Source of the DNA: Octopus vulgaris
Lineage: Eukaryota
DNA length: 64,000 nucleotides
NCBI GenBank assembly: GCA_951406725.2
Contig: OX597827.1
Coordinates: 46,314,001 to 46,378,000, forward strand
Reading direction: 5' to 3'
Shown here: one piece after another, positions 56,089-64,000 of the stretch
Layout: each line of letters starts with the position of its first letter
Numbering within the stretch: position 1 is the first letter of the stretch
Made by a program: the position numbers and the translations under genes
The notes under the pieces: model-generated
The model's database searches: none
Told to the model about the DNA's origin: nothing
What the model saw: only the letters and a program-made list of their open reading frames with translations

Positions 56089-56407
56089 CATATATATACA
56101 TATATATACATATACATATATACACTCATATATATAAATACGCGAGCAAATACACAAACGGGCGTTTGTATGTGTGCCGTCTCGCACGCATGTAAGTACA
56201 TATAGTATATAGCGGAATAATAACATGGGCTAGCTAGAAACACGGGTATGTAAAATACAAAAGGATAGACGGACAGATGGCTGGATGAAGAGACGGATGT
56301 ACACATCCTTTCCTCCGCACACACTCACACTCACATACGCATACAATGGAAAAGCGGGGATGGTTCAGAAAAGGAAGAAAAGCAGAAAAAAAGAACAGAA
56401 TACATAC

Positions 56408-56497
56408 TTGTACAGCCCAAGATGAAGTCACAATACTGTTGATCGTTGCACTTACACACGTGTTCACAGTTATCTCCATAACGGCCGTATGGACAAC
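56408..56497 (-). CDS. MEGF10/Draper-like receptor, last EGF-like exon (SCPYGRYGDNCEHVCKC...CDFILGCT)
   Basis: cgcttag acceptor, A|gtatgt donor, 90 bp, phase 1-1. Confidence 0.88.
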
Positions 56498-56986
56498 CTA
56501 AGCGACACACGCAAGACAAAACAATATTGTATATAACTTTATGTAATTTTACACACACACACACACAAATATATGACAGGTTATATTGTATGCGTGCTGT
56601 CTCGCACGCATCTAAACACATAGTATATAGCGGAATAATAACATGGGTTAACTAGAAACACGGGTATGTATTCGTTAGAATTGATTGGGCAACTCCGAGA
56701 GTTTGTTAGCGATAGAAAGCCTGTTTAGGAGGTTATTCGCAGCGTCTAAAGTGCTGTAAATCGGGATTGCACAGGCGGAAAAAAATCCTTTATCAAAATG
56801 CAAAATAATAAGAGGAAAGAATTTTACAAAATAAAATTTTAACGAAAAAAAGAAAAGGAAAAAGAACGTAGAATAATATACAAAAATATTTTTTTAAGTA
56901 TAAAATGCACCTGTTACATACACACACACATACGAACATATATATGCATATTCAAATATATATACACATGTACATAAGCATACATA

Positions 56987-57050
<64 letters not shown>

Positions 57051-57098
57051 CACATACATATATATATATATATAAACACATACATACAGGCAGGAAGC

Positions 57099-57170
<72 letters not shown>

Positions 57171-57198
57171 CAGCCATTATCTATAAAACTTCACTTAC

Positions 57199-57327
57199 TT
57201 TCTTTACAGTGTACACCAGTATATCCCGGAAGACATCGGCAGGCGCCATCATTGGTGCGGCACTTTCCACCATTGCTGCACTCACATTTAAACTGGCAGT
57301 TTTCGCCGAAATAACCTGGTTCACATT
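57199..57327 (-). CDS. MEGF10/Draper-like receptor, EGF-like exon (ECEPGYFGENCQFKCEC...GYTGVHCKE)
   Basis: 129 bp, phase 1-1, A|gtaagt donor; acceptor AG preceded by an A-run. Confidence 0.88.
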
Positions 57328-57526
57328 CTTTTTTTTTTATCAAATGGAAATGTAACAGAGGGATAGAGAAAAACACTATTGTAGATTAATACATACATAC
57401 ATACATACATACATACACACATACATACATACATACATACATACATACATACATACATACATACATACATACATACATACATACATACATACATACATAC
57501 ATACATACATACATGTATACATACAT

Positions 57527-57846
57527 TAGGCTTCTCAAAATCAGAAAGGAGAAAGTTGATTAGAAAACTACAGATCCAAGCTTTCACTGGAACTGTAAAA
57601 ATCTGTAAAACTTTCCAGAAGTTTATCATTTAAGTATATATGAGCATTTCTAGATATGCAACTATATGCATGAGAAGGCATACATAAAATAAAGCATACA
57701 AATCTGCACATATGCATACGTACATACAAACAAAATTACCCTGTTACTGATATCGAAATTCCAATGGAGGAGCCTTGGATTTAGGTTAAAAACTGTCTCC
57801 TTTTTTTATTTGCAAGAAATCGTGAAATGAAACTGAACAATGGCAC
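57527..57846 (+). mobile_element. 3' end of the same R4/Dong-like family flanked by (CATA)n
   Basis: homologous to reverse complement of ~33290-33630; CATA repeats on both sides. Confidence 0.7.
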
Positions 57847-58123
57847 ACATACATACATACATACATACATACATACATACATACATACATACAGACAGAC
57901 AGACAGACAGACAGACAAAATCTTAAAACTAAGAACGTGAAAGGCAAACAAAATGACAAAGTTAAAGTTATTAATTTTACAGTCAGATATTTAGAAATAG
58001 AAATGTTTTAACGTTTCCGAGGAAACGTGCGCACAGAGGGGAGGGGGGGAAGAAAGGAGATATTAACTGTATGGGAGACAAATTTCTGTATGCAAATTTC
58101 AAATTGACTGCCCCGTATGTCTT

Positions 58124-58157
<34 letters not shown>

Positions 58158-58615
58158 TGCGTGTATGCGCGTGTGTGTGTGTATGTGTGCGTGCGTGTGT
58201 GTGTGGGGGGGCGTAATAACCCAGTGGTTAGGGCAGCGGACTCGCGATCGTAGGATCATGGTTTTGATTCCCAGACGCGGCGTTGTGAGTGTTTATTGAG
58301 CGAAAACACTTAATGTTCTACGAGGCTCCGGCAGGGGCTGGTGGCGAACTCTGCTGTACTCTTTCACCACAACTTTCTCTCACTTTTTCTTCCTGTTTCT
58401 GTTGTACCTGTATTTCAAAGGGCCAGCCTTGTCACACTCTGTGTCACGATGAATCTCCTCGAGAACTACGTTAAGGGTACACGTGTCTGTGGAGTGCTCA
58501 GCCACTTGCACGTTAATTTCACGAGCAGGCTGTTCCGTTGATTTGATCAACTGGAACCCTCGTCGTCGTAACCGATGGAATGCCGTCATGTGTGTGTGTA
58601 TGTGTGTGTGTGTGT

Positions 58616-58666
<51 letters not shown>

Positions 58667-59483
58667 CGCAAAGAACTGAGCAAGATGGTTTTTTTAAGAT
58701 TAGCAAATGCCCTGGCATGCAAGTCTTCCCACGCCACACCACCGACGTTTTTATCCAAAGGAATGACCAACGACTTGAAAAGGCCAGTGTCGTAGCACAC
58801 GTTGCTAGCAGAACGCTAAGGGCCGAAGCAGCTACTCTAAGGCGCCTTGTATTGTAGCACTTTAAATTGATAAAAAGCAAAAATCGACTTCGGTGTGATA
58901 TGAATTCAAAGTGCAGACGATCGGAAAAAATGCCGCCATAAACTTTATCTGGCGATTTAACGACTTAGCCATTTCGGCGCCTTACGGCTTTTTCTGCTTT
59001 CTTTCTTCTATAGGCAAAGAGCCTGAAAATTTGAAGGAGGTTTCTACTCAATTACATCGGCCATAGTGTTCAACTAGATCTTGTTTTATCGACCCCGAAA
59101 GGATGAAAGATAAAGTAGCCTCGGCGGAATTTCAACTCAGAACGTAAAGCCGGCTAAAATATCGCTAAACATTTTGTCCGACGTAAAAACAATGCTGTCA
59201 GCTCGTCCACCTTCGGTGCTTTAATATTCCTTCTAATCAAATTCCGCTGAGGTCGACTTTGCCTTTCATCCTTTCGGGGTCGATAAATTAAGTACCAGTC
59301 GCATACTGAGGTTGATCTAATCGACTGGCCTCCTCCCCCAAAATTTCGGGACTTGTGCCTAGAGCAGAAAAGAATATTTCTTCTACTAACGATTCTACCA
59401 GCTCACCGACTTTATGCGCCTTAATATCATTACTAGAATACTATTAGAAGAAATGTTTTTAAAGAATTAATCAGGAAGCTTAC

Positions 59484-59615
59484 CAATGTTACATTTGTCA
59501 CCAAGCCAACCAGGTAGACACTGACAAAAGCCTGTTACACTATCACATCTGGCGCCGTTAAAACAGGAATCGCATTTCTCACTGCAGTGGAGACCAAATG
59601 TACCGTTTGGACATT
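59484..59615 (-). CDS. MEGF10/Draper-like receptor, EGF-like exon (ECPNGTFGLHCSEKC...CLPGWLGDKCNI)
   Basis: tcttttcag acceptor, G|gtaag donor, 132 bp, phase 1-1. Confidence 0.92.
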
Positions 59616-59684
59616 CTGAAAAGAAACAAAAAAAGAGAACGGTTCAAATTATTTTTTAGAGTTAGGTTAGTGCACGCTCTTGTA

Positions 59685-59732
<48 letters not shown>

Positions 59733-59733
<1 letters not shown>

Positions 59734-60127
59734 GAGCAAAACGCCCCCCCCCCTCCGTCCATTGGACGGTGCTGAGTTGTCAAACATTTAAACCAAATTT
59801 TCTCAAAATAACTTGTCTGACCCTCCCATAGGCCTCCCCTTTGAGAAACACTGATTTAACTTAAATTTGAGACGACAGCAAAAGAAGAAATAAAGATAGA
59901 CTGTTTTCTATTCCAAAGAAAAGCGATTTTATTGCGCGTACAAATGCATGTTCACACGGCTTTATCGACTGCATTCTCACCAGGAATCGATTTTTGTAAT
60001 TTTTTCAAGACTTATACACGCCCTGATACCGTCAGTATCTACATATCAAATTTGAGCACAATCGGATGGAGGATGCCCGAGATCCTAGAAGACACACACA
60101 CAGACAGACAAAACGGATTTTATGTAA
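59733..60127 (-). mobile_element. degenerate Helitron-like element
   Basis: hairpin ccgtcc-att-ggacgg near a degenerate terminus; other end resembles the 62.6-kb element (aatttg..gacagaca..tttat). Confidence 0.4.
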
Positions 60128-60580
60128 TACGACACACACACACACACACACACGCACACACACATGCACACACCCAGACACACGAAAATTTAATATTCAT
60201 GTATAGCACATCATGTGTATTTTAAAATCTAAGTTAAATTCAAAGTAGTTTAGCCGCAGTTTTTAAAAGTCTTTTGCGGTTGAACATTAAACTATGAATA
60301 CGTCTTGACATTTCCTTCGTATACAGGAAAGCATAAAAGTTACGACATGTTTCATGGTTCGTTGATCAGTCATCAGAAGTAAAGTATCCCCCATCCACTA
60401 CACACACACCGCAAACATTTTTTTTCTCTGTAAGAAGAGAATAACTGGATGTATTTACACCAGTTTAAAGATTCACAGCGAATGTCCTTAAAAGTGTCGT
60501 TTATTTGCTTTAAGTTTATCTTTCGAATCCGAAACGTTTTAAAGGGTCACAGCCATTCTTCAAAGCGATATCCAGCTTAC

Positions 60581-60721
60581 CTTTATCACAGAGATAGCCC
60601 ATCTTTCCTGGAGGACACGTGCAAAGTCCAGTGAGTAAGTTACAACGTAAGTCCCCGTCGTGCACAGGACAAGCAGGACAGGACTGTTTACACCAGAAAC
60701 CGTAATATCCAGGTTCGCATT
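60581..60721 (-). CDS. MEGF10/Draper-like receptor, EGF-like exon (ECEPGYYGFWCKQSCPAC...CTCPPGKMGYLCDK)
   Basis: ttcttttacag acceptor, G|gtaag donor, 141 bp, phase 1-1; translated by hand. Confidence 0.9.
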
Positions 60722-60933
60722 CTGTAAAAGAAATAAAATACGTCTTAGAAAAATAAAATCAGAAAATGCGCAAGTAAGTTGTGCACAAGCAGGCAAGCGT
60801 TTAGCATTTTTTTTTAATGGCGAACAAGGAATGATCAGAGATCAAACGTGTAAATGATGATGACGATGACGACCACATCGACGACCCTCCTCCTCCTTCT
60901 CCTCCTCACCATCACCATCACCATCACCATCAC

Positions 60934-60975
<42 letters not shown>

Positions 60976-61480
60976 TGTTTTAGCGCCTAATTTTCCGTGC
61001 TTGAACAGATCAGACGGATATTCTATGGCCGCATTCCGTTTCGGTTGCCAACCGTCAATTGTTTCCCTATGACCGAACATGTTTTCGCGGAAGATTGTAA
61101 ACGAACGATATCGCTTGCATGACGTGGAAATTCATTTACAACTGTCACCAGATGTCACAAGAATGAAACACAAACACAAATGCATGTGTGTGTGTGTGTG
61201 TACGGCGGGTTTCTTATAGTTTTCGTCTACCAAATCCAACTTATAAGGTTTTTGATCAATCAAGGGATTTAGTAGAAGGCACTTAGCCAAGGTGTCACAC
61301 AGTGGGACCGAACTTGAGACCACGTGGTTGAAAAGTGAACTTCTCAATCATACACCTATACTGGCACCAGGTGAAATATTTTCAAAAACCATTTCTAAAT
61401 ATGAGATTAATACCTCGGGAAATTATATTTGTATTAACAACGACTCATCTCAGATATTTTGATATTTAAGATAATCTTAC

Positions 61481-61627
61481 CTTCTTCGCATTTATCACCA
61501 ATCCACCCAGGTTGACAGTGGCATTTACCCGTCTTCATGTCACATGATCCACCATTAGCACAGGTGCACACTCGGTCACAATTCTCACCCCATATACCAT
61601 CAGGACAAGTACTGTTGCAAAAAACAC
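61481..61627 (-). CDS. MEGF10/Draper-like receptor, EGF-like exon ([11 protein letters not shown]...GWIGDKCEE)
   Basis: ttcctcag acceptor, G|gtaag donor, 147 bp, phase 1-1. Confidence 0.92.
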
Positions 61628-62162
61628 CTGAGGAAAACAAAAATAACAACAAAAAAATTAACAAAATAACCAATAAATAAAAAACAAATGCACCCTTTTG
61701 AAGCCTAGCCAGGCTCATGGTACTTAATTTATCGACCTCGAAAGGATGAAAGGCAAAGTTGACCTCGGCGGAATTTGAACTCAGGGCGTAACGGCAGACG
61801 AAATACCTATTTCTTTACTACCCACAAAGGGCTAAACACAGAGAGGACAAACAAGGACAGACAAACGGATTAAGTCGATTATATCGACCCCAGTGCGTAA
61901 CTGGTACTTATTTAATCGACCCCGAAAGGATGAAAGGCAAAGTCGACTTCGGCGGAATTTGAACTCAGAACGTAGCGGCAGACGAAATACCGCTAAGTAT
62001 TTCGCCTGGCGTGCTAACGTTTCTGCCAACTCGCATTGTCGGCATTGCGAGCAGACATTCACAGGCAAAGGGATAATGTCGGCATAATGAACAGACAGTC
62101 TCTTCACACGCATTTCTAATTTCTGAAAGAATTAACGTTTTCCTTTCTAATATTATTATACA

Positions 62163-62679
62163 CTAGCAGTATCGCCCGGCGTTGCTCGGGTTTGTAAGGG
62201 AAATAACTATATAAGCATTTTTAGAGAGTTACTTCCTTTATAGATGCCAATTCGGGCTTTCTTAGCCATTTCTGTTTTGGTGTCTTCAAGCCATGAAGTC
62301 GTTGTTCTAAAAGAACGCTGGTCTCCTTGACAACGCATTACGACGTTGATTTCCTTAAACTCCCTTCCCCACAGCTTCACGAGGGAGAGAAGAAGGGGGA
62401 GAAGCAAACACAGGTGCAGGTGTTTGAGCGTGGACGCCAACTCCGCCGCCATCGACACACGAAAAATTATGCATTAAAATGGAATAAAAAATGATGTTAA
62501 ATTATTTTTAAAATCGTAGACTCATCGTAGACGCGCGCTAATACTCAGACGGGCTCGATATTAATCACGACTACAAGATACCCGAATTTGGTTAAACTGC
62601 ACCGCAAAATGTGGGAGGAGTTAGGAATCTAAATCGTAGGAGACAGACACTCACACAACTACAGTTTTATATATATAGA
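62163..62679 (-). mobile_element. complete non-autonomous Helitron (517 bp)
   Basis: minus strand starts TCTATATATATAAA and ends with hairpin cccgagcaacgccggg then CTAG; inserted between host A and T with no TSD. Confidence 0.8.
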
Positions 62680-62704
62680 TGAATGGGTATCACATTTATC
62701 TTAC

Positions 62705-62813
62705 CTGTCCATCCATGTTCACATGAACAGAGTCCAGTTTCTGAGTCACACCTGGCAGTATTGGAAGCGGTACAAGGACATTGTTCTCTACAGTTGACAC
62801 CGAAACGACCATT
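62705..62813 (-). CDS. MEGF10/Draper-like receptor, EGF-like exon (NGRFGVNCREQCPC...CSCEHGWT)
   Basis: tcaacag acceptor, G|gtaag donor; phase 0 to 1, fits neighbours; translated by hand. Confidence 0.9.
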
Positions 62814-63414
62814 CTGTTGAAAAAGACAGGCAGAAGGAGAAGAAGATAAGCGAAGATGAGGGGGTGCTGTGGGAGGATTAGAATTAGATCAATAAACAAA
62901 TATATTAACTTGATAAAGGCGCAGGGGTGACTGTTTGTTTTAGAGAAGCAGAAGATCGGCGACCGCCTTTTGCCTTCTCCCATTAATATCATTATTTCGT
63001 TTATCATTTCATCTCATTTGTGTTATTGTCCAGCCCGCAGCTACATCTGTGTAATACCCTTGTGGCAAAATATATGAATAAATGTTTGCTTTCCAACTAC
63101 ATGGTTCGGGGTTCAGTCCCACTGCGTGGCATTTTGGGCAAGTGACTTCAGTCAATTGACTGAAACAAATAAAAGAATAAATGAATATATTCGCCTTTTT
63201 GTAGTGACTCGGTAGCCAAAAACTCAAGCTAATTCTCCCTCAAATCACACCGTGCCGTATTATTTAAAAGAACAGATTTGATAATGCCATATTGGAAGTG
63301 TAAAAATACAGGAACGCCTTTGATCAGAGATTTGCACGATTAGGGTTAATTTGAAGCAAAAAGACAACACACATACAGATAGAGAGGTGGAGAAACAGAG
63401 AAAGCGTGAGAGAA

Positions 63415-63451
<37 letters not shown>

Positions 63452-63542
63452 AGAAAAAGAAAGAGAAACAGAGAAACAGAGGGAAGAAAGACATTAAAAC
63501 AAAGTAATAAATAATATAACAGAAAAGCGAAACTGTGCTCAC

Positions 63543-63706
63543 CGGACAAGTGTCTTCACAATGAATTCCTTTGAATCCCGGCTTACAATGACATTCTCCA
63601 GTGACGTGATCGCACGATGCATCGTTCCTACAATCGCAGACTCTGCTACAGTTTTGTCCATACAAAACCCCGGGGCACTGTTCTTCGCACATATGACCTC
63701 GCCAAC
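63543..63706 (-). CDS. MEGF10/Draper-like receptor, EGF-like exon (GWRGHMCEEQCPG...CEDTCP); gene continues upstream beyond the window
   Basis: ttttag acceptor, CCG|gtgag donor, Cys-rich laminin/EGF-like spacing; ends phase 0. Confidence 0.9.
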
Positions 63707-63719
63707 CTAAAATAAACAG

Positions 63720-64000
63720 TATTGACATTGCATTCAATGCTATTGTCTTGGCAATCAACGTTTGCCACTTTTTGCATTCAATATTACTAACTTGGCATTC
63801 AGTTGTATCGACATAACAGTCAATATTCGCTACTTAACATTCAAACGTTACCACTTCGGCATTCAATGCTATCAACTTGAAATTTAACGATGCTGAATCT
63901 CCATTCAACTTTACCAATGCTATATTTAATGCTAACAATACGACGCTAAAAATTAGCCAGTTGGTATTCAAATTTATCGACTTGGAGTTCAATAACAATT
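63720..64000. repeat. degenerate ~21-bp intronic minisatellite
   Basis: recurring cttggcattcaatgctatcaa-like units to the window end. Confidence 0.7.

Noticed and set aside
55732-56226. ORFs in the intron between the last EGF exon and the TM exon
   Set aside because: No clean splice sites, and flanking exons already join in phase

Overview
AT-rich, microsatellite-dense animal genomic DNA. The SINE content, effector-less C2H2 zinc-finger gene and repeat landscape suggest an octopus/coleoid cephalopod (inference). Two host genes lie on the minus strand: a single-exon 16-finger C2H2 ZNF (10804-12147) and nine phase-compatible exons (63706 to 54664) of a MEGF10/Draper/CED-1-like EGF-repeat receptor with a TM helix and an NPxY motif. 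The rest is mostly mobile DNA: three tRNA-derived SINE families, mariner/pogo/piggyBac MITEs, a complete non-autonomous Helitron, and CR1/L2-like, RTE and R4/Dong-like LINE fragments. The most striking signal is a recurring fold-back architecture carrying type I hammerhead ribozyme (HHR) motifs. Examples: a 3.8-kb near-perfect hairpin of a 5'-truncated Penelope-like retroelement (46600-50440), a 0.9-kb non-coding palindrome with a consensus-core HHR in each arm (36362-37280), and smaller or older cases at 23.2 kb and 52.4 kb. In all four the HHRs read outward, three are flanked by (TA)n, and the two large ones have almost the same central loop length (121 and 124 bp). Coordinates were read by eye; repeat boundaries are approximate.
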